Counted from the first letter of the stretch, positions 1 to 12,200 are shown. The stretch: DNA of 64,000 nt from Macrostomum lignano (GCA_002269645.1 NIVC01000583.1:372001-436000); one strand, 5' to 3'. A program made the numbers and translations. The notes: a model not told the origin generated them from the sequence alone.

Positions 1-139
1 TTCCAGATTAGTATCTGAACTAAATTTTAAAATGGAATTATACTAATTAACTTCGTCTTTTCAAACAATTTTTTACGACACTATAAAATGCCTCTAACAT
101 TTTTTACCTTAATCTAGACATTACTGGCCAACCCCAACC

Positions 140-545
140 TTGACGATGTTTGCACTCGCCTCTGACCAACCCCCACTACCTCAATGTACACACTCGGCTC
201 TGACCAATACCCCCACCCCAATGTACACACTCGCCTCTGACTAACCCCCACCCCAATGTACACACTCGCCTCTAACCAATCCCCACCACCCCAATGTACA
301 CACTGGCCTCTGACCAATCCCCACCACCCCAATGTACACACTGGCCTCTGACCAATCCCCACCACCCCAATGTACACACTGGCCTCTGACCAATCCCCAC
401 CACCCCAATGTACGCACTGGCCTCTGACCAATCCCCACCACCCCAATGTACACACTGGCCTCTGACCAATCCCCACCACCCCAATGTACACACTGGCCTC
501 TGACCAATACCCTACATCCCAATGTACACACTGGCCTCTGACCAG
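140..545. repeat. 38-bp minisatellite (CCCCAATGTACACACTGGCCTCTGACCAATCCCCACCA), about 10 copies
   Basis: Period 38 counted directly (cactggcctc at 301 and 339); the flanking copies are degenerate. Confidence 0.95.
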
Positions 546-1359
546 TAACTAATACAGTCTGTACAAACGCAAAGCTGATATTTATTACAATCAATTTCTC
601 ACTAATTTTTTTCAACTATTTTATAAGCTAATTAATGTATTCGGCTGCAACGCGGATTGACAGATTCTCGCAGTGTTAAATCATTTCATTTATATGTTTT
701 TGTCATTAGGTATTCACATTCGATTGATGGTTTTTGTTATTACACAATAATGGTAATTACTTAATTATTCAATTTTTGGGTGAACTCGTACGCTTAAATA
801 TAAATTATTATTACCTGAATGTTATTTTCCACTTTCCAATTGCACACACGTTTTAAAGGATAATCCAAATTCAAACTTAATGTGTCTTTCTTTTCTATTC
901 TTGTCTTAATAGTCTATGTTTATTACTACTGCAGAACTACTATGAGTATTAGTAAAGGAATTTTTAAGTGTTGGGAATTTCAATTATTTAACGGTCTGTC
1001 CTCTATTTAGTTGAACCAGAATCAAATCAATATTATTTGCTAAACATTAGGTAAAAATTTCAATGACTTAGATTGGCTGTCAAGAAATGCGACTGTGGTC
1101 TGCTTTTCTTGACAATTTTTTTATTACAATAAATGTTTTGACAGAGCTGTGTAACTTTTGTCATTCTCCGCGACACTTTAAAAATTGATGAAAAACAGAT
1201 ATTTTCGCGTTTAGAAAAGTCTCCGACTGTCTTCTTCTAGCCTCGTATATTTTAATTGGTATTCGCAGGACGGCTGGGGGCACCCTGGTGGCAGCGCCTT
1301 CGGCGACATCGGTCCCACAGTCAGCGCAGAAGGCAATTCTAGGAAGGAAGACATTTTAC

Positions 1360-2183
1360 AATCCCGGGATCCTGGACAAAAAATTGACCCAATCCCGGGA
1401 TCCCGGGCCAATCCCGGGATTGAACAAACAAATTTACGGGAAGCTTTCCCATTGTCCACAAAACAATTTCTCAACCAATTTGAGCATCATTTGGGTTTCT
1501 ACTTTCTATTTCTAGCTTATACGAGTAGAACTGCATTGATAAAATAGTTGAAGTTACATGTAGTTGTTAGTTGTACATACATACTAAACTACACCCTCTC
1601 CCCTCGGATTAGGACCGTATACGCTGCGCTGGTGCCTCTCTCTGCCCCCAACACAGACCACCTCACACGCACACACACACACACACAGAGACTCAGACTC
1701 AGAACCCAGTCCGCACCCCACCCCCCATTTTTCCCTTTCCCTTCCTTAGCTGCGCCTGCGCACTGCGGCGGGGCCCGGGCCAGTGGGCCCAGTGTCCAGG
1801 CCATCGCCACTTAGACAGCTAGAGTCTAGACTAGAGTCAGACCCCTTAGTCTAGTGACTAGTAAGCCTAGCTAGTGCTTGATACAGTTGATTGATAGTCC
1901 TACTGTCCTTCATTCCCTTCCTTATGAAGCACTAAGAATCGTACACTAAGCACTAAGCACTTAAGCACTAAGAAGCACCCCTATAGAATCGTACATGTCA
2001 TTCTATAACTTCATTCTCAGGATGCAAAATCCTCTCAAAACTGTTAAGTGCTAATTGCAAGACGAAAAATATTCACTTCTGCAAAGTGTAAATTCCAATC
2101 CCGTGTTTACCGGGATCCCGGACCCCTAATCCCGGGATCCCGAACACTAACAAAAAGCCGGGATCCCGGGATTGGGACCCCTA
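1360..2183. repeat. Two clusters of palindromic CCCGGGATCCCGGG motifs (1360-1420 and 2095-2183); possibly the arms of an old MITE
   Basis: AATCCCGGGATCC(CGGG) recurs about 3 times in each cluster. No matching terminal pair or TSD was found. Confidence 0.4.
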
Positions 2184-4299
2184 CTGAGCGCATGCAAGCG
2201 CGCCAAATGCTGTCCCTAGATGAAGTTCTGTTTACTCATTCTTGGCAGATCTGTTCTTACTTAAATTTCTTAGCAGATCTGTGAATTTTGGTTAACACAT
2301 TCTTAACAGATCTTTTCTTACTTAAATCTCTTAGCAGATCTGTATCTGCTTTTGTCTTACAAGATCTTACAAATCTTTGCAAGCCATTTTTTATTGTTTG
2401 GTACGTAGAAAACATTCGTGATTTTTAGAAAATACTTATTAGGTAAAGAGAAAACAAAATTTCCAACTGTATATCAGAAAAAAGACTTTCGTATATTTTC
2501 ACATTTCTCTGCTGGATCTTGTCAGATCAGTTCTTGCAGATCTGTACAGACCAGTTTTGAAAAGTGTCTGAATTGTTTTTTTCCACAAAATATTTAACAT
2601 TATAGTAATTACGTTTTTTTAATGATTTGTATTTATTTTAGTTGTTCTTCTGGCAGCCAACAGTAAATGAATTTGTTTAAATATTCTTTCCGCAGTTCTG
2701 AACATAGTGGACCCTTATAGTTTGAATTCTCGCTCTTGCAATTTATCCATCCATCTCAGTTCTTTCTTTTGACTTAGCCGAATACGTAATTTTTAATTCC
2801 TTAAATTGTTTGTTGTTTCATAGTCTAGTATCACTATTTTTTACTTTTTTAGCCATAATAACTTTTTTGATTGAGTATAGCATGGCTTTAAATAAAGAGC
2901 AGATTGCGTCATCAATTAAAAAAATTTGACATAATTGACAGACTGACTATAAAATGTATGCTATATATATATCTATATAATATATATATCTAGGCTTGTC
3001 TCCTACTCCCAGGCCTATAAGTATGAGTAGGCCTAGGCCTATGACTTTGTTCTATGCTTTAATAGAAACAGAATGCATGTCTAGACCTAGTGATGTTGTC
3101 CATTAATAATTCATTAATCCATTAATAATTCAGAAATTCAGTTTAGTTACATACATAGATCAGTATTTTTTGTATTTTTTTGCATTTCATTATATTATAT
3201 TTATATATACATACCTAGTTCTAGCCCCTAGGCTAGGGCTAGGCTAGTTCTAGTGACCTAGCTAGTAAGTAAATCTTAATTAAATAGGTCTATTCTGTTT
3301 TTGTTTGTTTTATTTGTTTTTATTTGCTTATCTAGATTTATAAATAGGTAGACTGACATATCTGTAAAACTTGGTTTTAATCCCTCCTTGATTTTAAACA
3401 CTTAGGTTAAGAGTATAATGTCTATTTTTAGTAAATAGTGTTATAACTAGGCTTATCATTTTAATTTTAAAATAAAATAGGCCCTACTCTACTAAAAATT
3501 GTAATTGCTATATAGGGTATAGTTTTTATGAATAAAAATTAAACCTGGATGCTTAAATATAGGCTTATGGTTGTTAGAAAGTTATCTTAAGCCTTGATCT
3601 ACTATTTGAAGAATGTAGATAGGCATAGCAAAATCTAAAAGTATTTATACTAGATAGGCCTAGATGAATAATATGAGAAATATAGAATAGAAGAAAACAG
3701 GTCTAAATTTAATTAGACCAAAGAAATTTTACAAAAGTTATTACTCTGACTATATAAAAACATAACAACAATATTTGTTTTATATTTTAGTTATTTTGAA
3801 TTGAATATTAATGTTTAAAATCCTAGAACTTTATTACAATTTTCCCTTTCATTGCAGCTACTTTACATGGTCAATATGGCATCGCTACTTATGGGTTCCA
3901 AGCTTGTCTTTATACCAAGTGGCAAAGTGGCAAGCATCCTATGATTGCTAAAAGAAAAATGAAGCCAGCCTAAAGTAAAAATGCAACATGATAAAGAGCC
4001 CTAAAGTATTACTAAGAGCTCTTAATAGACCTACTTTTATTGATAACAAAGTAAGCTTTCTAGCAATATTGACTTCATACATGCGCAACCTCCAAAATTT
4101 GGTCGGCCGTGCGACTTAGTTTTAACAAAAATGCGACGTAGTTTTCGGCCAAAAATGCGACTTACATGAAAAAAACCTGAAAGCAAAATTAACGCAACTT
4201 TGGGTAAACGGCAGGAGTAACTATAACTGTCTTTATTAAGGCAAAATGCTTCGTCAGCTACTTAATACTACTTTGGTATTTATTTGGGTGGGCATTTTT

Positions 4300-4362
4300 G
4301 CAACTTACCTTGGTTGGCCGCCAAATCAGTCGTCCATATCGGCCAACTATTGTGCATGTATG
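4300..4362. repeat. Internal degenerate copy of the hAT right end, defining a MITE-like unit at 4076-4362
   Basis: CAACTTACCTTGGTTGGCCGCCAAATCAGTCGTCC...ACTATTGTGCATGTATG closely matches 10582-10651 (CGACTTACTTGGTTGGCCGCCAAATCGGTCGGCC...ACTGTTGCGCATGTATG). Confidence 0.9.
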
Positions 4363-4806
4363 GTTTTGACTCTTGTCATTCCTAATCGTATTTGTACCCC
4401 ATGTGGCACTAGAACAGTACACTTGACACGGAGTGTTTTAGGCATGATTGTACAGTGTAAGGTTGCAAAAGTGGGGAGTGGCAGAGATACATATGTATAT
4501 ATAGCTGTATGAGTATGATGGCACAAGCTAAGGCTAAGTCAATGCATGCAGCGATAAAAGCAGTCTGTAAAGCCAAATAGTGAAAGTTAACCTTAACTTA
4601 TAGCACCTTGGCAGCCTATGCTGTCTGCCTGCATCTGATACGAGCATATAACTAAACTACCAAGGCAATTGGTTGTATTTACACTTACTTTCTGTACATG
4701 AATTGGTAAAGGTAAGGGCTTTTAAATGTTTTATTTATATAGTAATACTCATAAATCAATTTTATTTTATCACCAAAATCATATACTCGACTTAATCTTT
4801 CACAGA

Positions 4807-7800
4807 ATGATGTACAGCCTTAGTTGTCTTTGCCTACTGATTCTAAGTGGCATCCTAGCTATCAATGGTATTCTAGCTGAGAGTGAGTGCTCAATTGTTA
4901 TAAATGAGTTAAATACTGATGAGCCTAATATTGGATCTCAAGAATTTTCAGAGTTCATTGAGCTGAAGAAAGTTTGTTCCACAACTGCAATGCTATTAGG
5001 ATCAGTGCCAGTGAGACTCCGTGATTTTCTTCTGATTGGAGTTCAAGAATATAGCGGCGATTTTAGACGACCTGTGGTTTCATTTTCTGCTGACTTCTAT
5101 CGGTTCTCGGGCTTCAAAACGGACAGCAGTTTCTTTGTTATTGCATCAAAAGAGAAGCAGGAAGCAGCAGATATGTTTTTTACCGATACATCTATTGGGT
5201 ATCAGGGAAAAACTAGACATGGGCTGCCAAGTTCCGCTCCTAGTGGATCATCGCAGTCATCCATCATTGATTTTTTCAAGTCTGCTAGTAAGACAATTCC
5301 AACAGAACCAAATGCATTAAAGAATGGGAATGGTAAAAGTGCTATGGCCATTATTCTCTTGTATCAACGAGACTTTTCTAGATCAGAATCGGACAGTTCA
5401 AGTTCCACAACTGCCAGTAGCATTGGAAAACTGCGACTAGCTAAAATGCATGCAACACAAAGAAGACCTGTTTATGAAGATAAAATTATCATTGATAACT
5501 CATTAGCTGAAATTATTAGGAACAATGTGCATGACATGATCATCTATGCACGAAGTACACAAAATAACAGGTGCACATTTTTTTAGTCCATTTATCGTAG
5601 GCTAAGAGACAAGCCCAACTACATCTTAAAGCCAGCAAGAGAATGGGATGAACTTGGTCATGAGGACTATTCAATAAACCGGTGCCCTGAATCCAGCAGT
5701 GAGTTACGAAAGCCTTTGCTTTTTACAAGGTGGAAACTTGGACAGTTGACTCCAGGTAGAGAAAATGACTGCTCAGGTGCTCATTGGATTTTAGAGGACA
5801 ATATTGAAGCCATCATAAATACACCTTCAAGAGAAGCAGGTACATTGGCAGACTCAGCATTAGCATCTGCTTCATCAGCAACAGAAAGAATCGAAATGCG
5901 ACTAGCTCCTGCTCCAGCTCCATGTTCTGAAAGCTCACACCGTAGTGAATTGGCCAGGTCCTATGAATTTTCAGAGCAAATAGCAGCTAATCGAGATCAT
6001 GCTGTTCAAACTGCTGCTGCAGAAACTTCAAATTTTTGCTCTGCTGCAAATGTACAGGAAAGAAGAGAGTTGTTGGAGAATGACCAGCAAACAAGCAAAC
6101 TACAAGTGGAAATTATTAGGCAAGTAAATATTCAAAGACAATCAACGAAACGATCACTTTGCCAAAGTCCTATTGTTGATTTAGATTCGAGCGACTCAAG
6201 GGGTTCAGGTGATGTTGAAATAGTACAAGTAAATACTGCAGAAGCAGGGCCATCGCAAAAAAAAATACCATGCATAAGCACATCTGCAGACGCATGTCTA
6301 GCCACTTCAGCATCAAAGCCCTCGTCTTCCTCTATGATGGGCGAAAATATTGAAGTTTTCCCTAAAAAGGACTGGGAGGATACATCTGGTTTTCGAGAGG
6401 AGTGGTTACATTCTTTGGAGATGCACCAGTCACAGTAAGTAAATGGAAACTGACGAACTGTAAATTAATGTATAGTGTATTGTGTATTGCACTTATTAGC
6501 ATATTGCTTTTAGATACTCACAAATAGTCCAAATCCCAAAATATTCTCTAATTTGACCATTGCAGATCATTTTCAAGAAAATTTGTGTCACAAGAAATGA
6601 AGACATGGTTTCAATATGTTCAAAACACCGAAGATCTATCAAGATCTGGAATACAATGTCGGATCTGCAGAAAATTTTTGAATGCACATAAGAAAAAGGA
6701 GACAAATCTAGAGAGCCAACGTAAGTTAACTTTTGCAACAGAACAAGGCTACATTCCCAAAGGTCATGCAAAAGATAGCGTACGAAGAAAACTACAGGAA
6801 CATTCATCAAATACACTTCAGTGACGCCATAAAGTGGATGAAGGAAAAACATACTTCAGTTCTTGCAAAGCAACTCAAACAGATGAATGAGGCCGCTAGA
6901 CTAGCTAAAACTAAACGAGATGAAATAACAGCCCAAGTTTTGACAACAGTTTATGCCGAAGTCAAATCTAATATTCCATTCAGTGCTCATCCAAATATGA
7001 TTGATTTACAAGTAAAAAATGGGTTGGATATGGGGAGCCATCATAAGCATCGCAAAAGTGCCGCAGCAATGGTGGAATCAATCAGTAATACAATGCATCG
7101 GACATTTGTGAATTACATTAAAAGTGCTGACAATCTTCCGATTTCTATTGTACTAGATACAACGTCTGATATTCATTCAAACAGCTACGTCATGATATAC
7201 TTCAGAGTTCTTGAAAACAGCCAACATTTGATGTTTTTTATCGGTTTAAACGTCTGACTGAAGTAGAGACTGGACGAAGCATTTATGAACTTCTCATCCG
7301 TTTATTTTCGGATGACAAGCTAGAAGATGAAATCAAACGAAGGCTATTGGGGGTGACAACTGATGGTGCATCCGTAATGACAGGAAGTCGAGTGGGATTA
7401 ATAAGTCAACTGAGGCCTTGGGCTAGCAAACAATTTTTTCAGCACCATTGTGCAGCGCATAAGTTAGAACTTTCAATCTATCATGCCTTTGAAATCTTCC
7501 CATTTATGCAACATCTCGATAAGAATATAAATTCTCTACACAAATTTTATATGAGCCACGCTGTTAAACGTAAGGCATCTTTGGCACAAACTTCGGAAGC
7601 ACTCAACTTGGTTTTCTATGAATTAAAAAGAATATATCGCATCAGGTGGGTTGCATCGGAAGTGTCTGCTCTTGATGTGATTCGAAAGTCGTACTACTTG
7701 CTTCTGACAAATTTAGAAAATATCAAATCACCTTCCTCAGGCTTTGATGACGAAAGTAAAGCAACTGCCTCTGGATTATTGAAAACATTGCAAAATGTCC

Positions 7801-8588
7801 GGTATTATTCATTACATCTATTTCTCATGGACATTCTAAAATTACTGGAATTTGAGTCCTTGCAGTTTCAAAGAGCCAAGGGTACATTTATTGGCTTGCA
7901 AGAACGCCACACTAACCTTATCCATTCACTAGAAACCTTAAAAACGAACAATGGTCCTCGCATTGTGGACTTTTTGGCTTCCTGCAAGTGTCGTCGAGTT
8001 TTGGGAACTGCAGATGGATATCCGCAGCTGGAATACCATTCAGGATGTCACACAAGAGACCTATCTTATTCTAACTTTGCTTGTCCTTCCGGCCCTGGAA
8101 GCAGCGATCCAACAGAGAGGTTTGAGTTGAAGCAACCAGGTTCTGCTGCAGACAGATCTCTAAGAAATAGATTATTTGATGCTAGTGGACGTGGCAGTGT
8201 TGTTGACATGGGAGCTTATCCAGCACTGGATGAGATTCGCAGTCGAATCATTGATAGCATAATTGATCAGCTGCGTAATTATTTTCCTGAGGATGACTAC
8301 TCAATATTTAATGTGCTCAACCCAGTGTTATTGCCTAATGCTGAAACATTACATACTGTCTTTACATACAGTTCGAGAATCATACCTCTTGCTAGACGGT
8401 TTGGAATGGAAGATGACAGCTCTGAATCTGAAACAGAGGACCATCTTTCTGATTCAGACTCTAGAGATGCAGATGCTTCAGAACGCGCTACAGAAAGGAC
8501 AATCTCTGGTCAGACTACAGTTCTTCTAAGTTCATATATAAGACCGTTAGAATCTTGCAGTTTTAATTTGCTAATTAAATATTATTAA
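4807..8588 (+). pseudogene. Disrupted gene: signal peptide + lamin-tail-like (LTD) domain + S/A-rich linker + Zn finger + ZNF862/KIAA1586-type hAT transposase, lacking its C-terminus; join 4807..6434, 6566..8588 (about 1,200 aa reconstructed)
   Basis: N-terminus MMYSLSCLCLLILSGILAINGILA. LTD-like motifs IVINELN..EFIELK, NGNGKSAMAIILLY, SINRCP, LTPGRENDC. The frame is preserved across an in-frame TAG at 5584-5586. Intron GTAAGT(6435)...CTAAT..TTGCAG(6565) restores the frame. Transposase motifs: CRIC..EH, LDTTSD, TDGASVMTG, HCAAHKLEL, IRW. Frameshifts near 6820, 7220 and 7308. No C-terminal catalytic E or dimerisation domain is seen before the satellite. Confidence 0.8.
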
Positions 8589-8786
8589 AAGTATGATTTG
8601 CAATTGTAATAGGGCTGAAAAATTACTGCTTATAAGTTATTCTATCCCTATTTCTATTCCTTAGCCATTTCTGGCTTCGTAATTCTTAATTTTTCAAATT
8701 GATGCGTTAATGCACACGTAGCCTACACCCTAGTAAGTGATACATTAAATTCATCCTAAACTAATCCTATCCTAATAATCCTAAAG

Positions 8787-10440
8787 ATGCTCTGCGACTT
8801 AACTCAGTCCTGCTGCGACTTACCTCGGCCCTGCTGCGACTTACTCGGTCCTGCTGCGACTTAGCTCGCCCTCAGTGCGACTTAGCTCTCGCTCGGTGCG
8901 ACTTAGCTCGCCCTCGGTGCGACTTAGCTCGCCCTCGGTGCGACTTAGCTCGGTCCTGCTGCGACTTAGTGCGACTTAGCTCTCGCTCGGTGCGACTTAT
9001 TTTGCCCTCGGTGCGACTTAGCTCGGTCCTGCTGCGACTTAGCTCGCCCTCGGTGCGACTTAGCTCTCGCTCGGTGCGACTTAGCTCGCCCTCGGTGCGA
9101 CTTAGCTCGGTCCTGCTGCGACTTAGTGCGACTTAGCTCGGTCCTGCTGCGACTTAGTGCGACTTAGCTCTCGCTCGGTGCGACTTAGCTCGCCCTCGGT
9201 GCGACTTAGCTCGGTCCTGCTGCGACTTAGTGCGACTTAGCTCTCGCTCGGTGCGACTTAGTTCGCCCTCGGTGCGACTTAGCTCGGTCCTGCTGCGACT
9301 TAGTGCGACTTAGCTCTCGCTCGGTGCGACTTATTTTGCCCTCGGTGCGACTTAGCTCGCCCTTAGTGCGACTTAGCTCGGTCCTGCTGCGACATAGCTC
9401 GCCCTCAGTGCGACTTAGCTCTCGCTCGGTGCGACTTAGTTCGCCCTCGGTGCAACTTAGCTCGGTCCTGCTGCAACTTAGCTCGCCCTCGGTGCGACTT
9501 AGCTTGGTCCTGCTGCGACTTAGTGCGACTTAGCTCTCGCTCGGTGCGACTTAGTTCGCCCTCGGTGCGACTTAGCTCGGTCCTGCTGCGACTTAGCTCG
9601 CCCTCAGTGCGACTTAGCTCTCGCTCGGTGCGACTTAGTTCGCCCTCGGTGCGACTTAGCTCGGTCCTGCTGCAACTTAGCTCGCCCTCGGTGCGACTTA
9701 GCTTGGTCCTGCTGCGACTTAGTGCGACTTAGCTCTCGCTCGGTGCGACTTAGTTCGCCCTCGGTGCGACTTAGCTCGGTCCTGCTGCGACTTAGCTCGC
9801 CCTCGGTGCGACTTAGCTCGGTCCTGCTGCGACTTAGTGCGACTTAGCTCTCGCTCGGTGCGACTTATTTTGCCCTCGGTGCGACTTAGCTCGCCCTCGG
9901 TGCGACTTAGCTCTCGCTCGGTGCGACTTAGTTCGCCCTCGGTGCGACTTAGCTCGGTCCTGCTGCGACTTAGCTCGCCCTCAGTGCGACTTAGCTCTCG
10001 CTCGGTGCGACTTAGTTCGCCCTCGGTGCGACTTAGCTCGGTCCTGCTGCAACTTAGCTCGCCCTCGGTGCGACTTAGCTTGGTCCTGCTGCGACTTAGT
10101 GCGACTTAGCTCTCGCTCGGTGCGACTTAGTTCGCCCTCGGTGCGACTTAGCTCGGTCCTGCTGCGACTTAGCTCGCCCTCGGTGCGACTTAGCTCGGTC
10201 CTGCTGCGACTTAGTGCGACTTAGCTCTCGCTCGGTGCGACTTATTTTGCCCTCGGTGCGACTTAGCTCGCCCTCGGTGCGACTTAGCTCTCGCTCGGTG
10301 CGACTTAGTTCGCCCTCGGTGCGACTTAGCTCGGTCCTGCTGCGACTTAGCTTGCCCTCGGTGCGACTTAGCTCGGTCCTGCTGCGACTTAGCTTGCCCT
10401 CGGTGCGACTTAGCTTGCCCTCGGTGCGACTTACCTTGTC
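8787..10440. repeat. 21-bp minisatellite family (GCGACTTAG + CTCGCCCTCGGT / CTCGGTCCTGCT / CTCTCGCTCGGT) with 10-bp variants, inside the hAT right arm
   Basis: Unit read directly. The core GCGACTTA is also found in the element's left subterminal region (4110-4150) and near the right end (10581). Confidence 0.95.
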
Positions 10441-11809
10441 TTCAGTGCTGCAACTTACAGCACTTACAACTCTTTTTGTGTTTTTCTCTTTCTCTTTGCT
10501 CCCTTTTTCTCATTTTTTCCTTTTCCTTTCCCCTTTTTCGTCTTTTGTTTTTTCGTTTTTTTTGGCGGTTAATCAATTTTGCGACTTACTTGGTTGGCCG
10601 CCAAATCGGTCGGCCGGATCGGCCGACTCGGCCGACTGTTGCGCATGTATGATTGACTTTAAAATCTTTCAGTACTGGACTCTTTCAGTTTCAATTATTT
10701 GCAAACCAATTTAATTGTAACATTGTAGTAAAAGATGCACCTGGTTTTTTAAAATGTTTCTGCTTCTATTTTTTAGTTTCTAAAAGTATTGCTCACCCTA
10801 ATTTCATTAGTCCATTGTACCATTAGTATTTTTTCTATTGAGTGTGTGCTTAACTTTTGTTTTGAAGTTGACTTATTTTTTGCTTGTGCTATTTCCCTTG
10901 TGCATACAAGTTTTATTTCATGAGCATATATGTGTATTTGTTTACATTTTCACAAATAAATATGTCTACTTTATTTTGATTGTTCAATGACATTTGCTTT
11001 TGTTCTGGCAGCTTACTAGCACAATACTAAAAGTGCAGAATCTAATAAGAAAGTCCTGTCATAACTCGTGTTCTTTATTGGAATTAAATTAGTGCATTGG
11101 GTTTTATAAATGGATTACTAAACAGATCTGGGAAGATTTGATAAGACGGACAATGCATTCAATTGGTAAAGCTTAATACATCTTACAAGATCTGCCCAGA
11201 TCTCCTAAGATCTGCTCGTGCAGACCGTGCAAGATCTTCCTGCAGATCTTGTAAGTTCTGCCTATATATTTTAATAGTGCAGATCTGTTACGTTCTTGCA
11301 AGAACGTAGCGAGAAGCTCCAGACAGATCTGCTAAGAAATGGCATGACGATTTCATCTAGGGGTACGCAGGCATGCAGTCACACACGCTCACACAGGGTG
11401 TGCAGCGGCCCTTTGACTTCTAATCGTCACATGGGTGTGAATAGCCAAGCGCACGGAGTTGGAAAGGGCCGGTTCAGAGGAAAAAGCTTTATCAAAAAAG
11501 CCAATAAGCCAATCCGTCAGATAGGTGCTAAGTAAAGGTCGGAATGGTTTGCTTGCTGAGTGAACTTTTGGTGCAACCGCTAATCAAAGGCGACAATTGA
11601 AAAAATAGTTGCGCCTATTTCGAGTATTTCTCTGACCCCTGACAAATATGTTCGTACATGTAAAGACAAAATGAAGACATTACGGAGATAGGAGGTTTTC
11701 ATTTTTTCAGCACAAAAATTGTTATTGCTTTTCATAAAAAGGAGACCCAAAGTTCACTCTATCTATCCTATATAAAAAACAAAAACAAAAAACAAAATGA
11801 AAATCTTGT

Positions 11810-12200
11810 TTTTCTATTTTTCTATTTTATCTACTTTTTCTATTTTATCTATTTTATCTATTTTATATATTTTTTCTATTTTATCTATTTTATCTATTTT
11901 TTCTATTTTATCTATTTTATCTATTTTTTCTATTTTATCTATTTTATCTATTTTATCTATTTTATATGTTTTTTCTATTTTTTCTATTTTATCTATTTTA
12001 TCTATTTTATCTATTTTATCTATTTTATCTATTTTATCTATTTTATCTATTTTATCTATTTTTCTATTTTATCTATTTTATCTATTTTATCTATTTTATC
12101 TATTTTTTCTATTTTATATATTTTTTCTATTTTTTCTATTTCATCTATTTTTTCTATTTTATCTATTTTATCTATTTTATCTATTTTATCTATTTTATCT
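11810..12200. repeat. 9-bp AT-rich tandem repeat (TCTATTTTA)n
   Basis: Read directly. Confidence 0.95.

Larger units (their letters stand above)
4076..10651 (+). mobile_element. hAT-superfamily DNA transposon, 6,576 bp
   Basis: Perfect 14-bp TIR CATACATGCGCAAC (4076-4089) / GTTGCGCATGTATG (10638-10651). Perfect 8-bp TSD ATTGACTT (4068-4075 and 10652-10659). Internal hAT transposase motifs are present. Confidence 0.95.
2214..11362. mobile_element. Non-autonomous TIR DNA transposon (about 2.6 kb without its insert; superfamily uncertain, CCC termini as in CMC/EnSpm-like elements) hosting a nested hAT element
   Basis: Perfect 11-bp TIR CCCTAGATGAA (2214-2224) / TTCATCTAGGG (11352-11362), with imperfect extension (TTCTTRGCAGATCTGT). 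CAGATCT/AGATCT subterminal motifs cluster at both ends (2247-2545, 11123-11340). The interior is AT-rich. The TSD is not recognisable (GT vs TA). Confidence 0.75.

Noticed and set aside
1600-1815. GC-rich promoter-like island with a TGCGCCTGCGCA (NRF1-like) site
   Set aside because: A single motif with no attached gene, and it lies between repeat arms.
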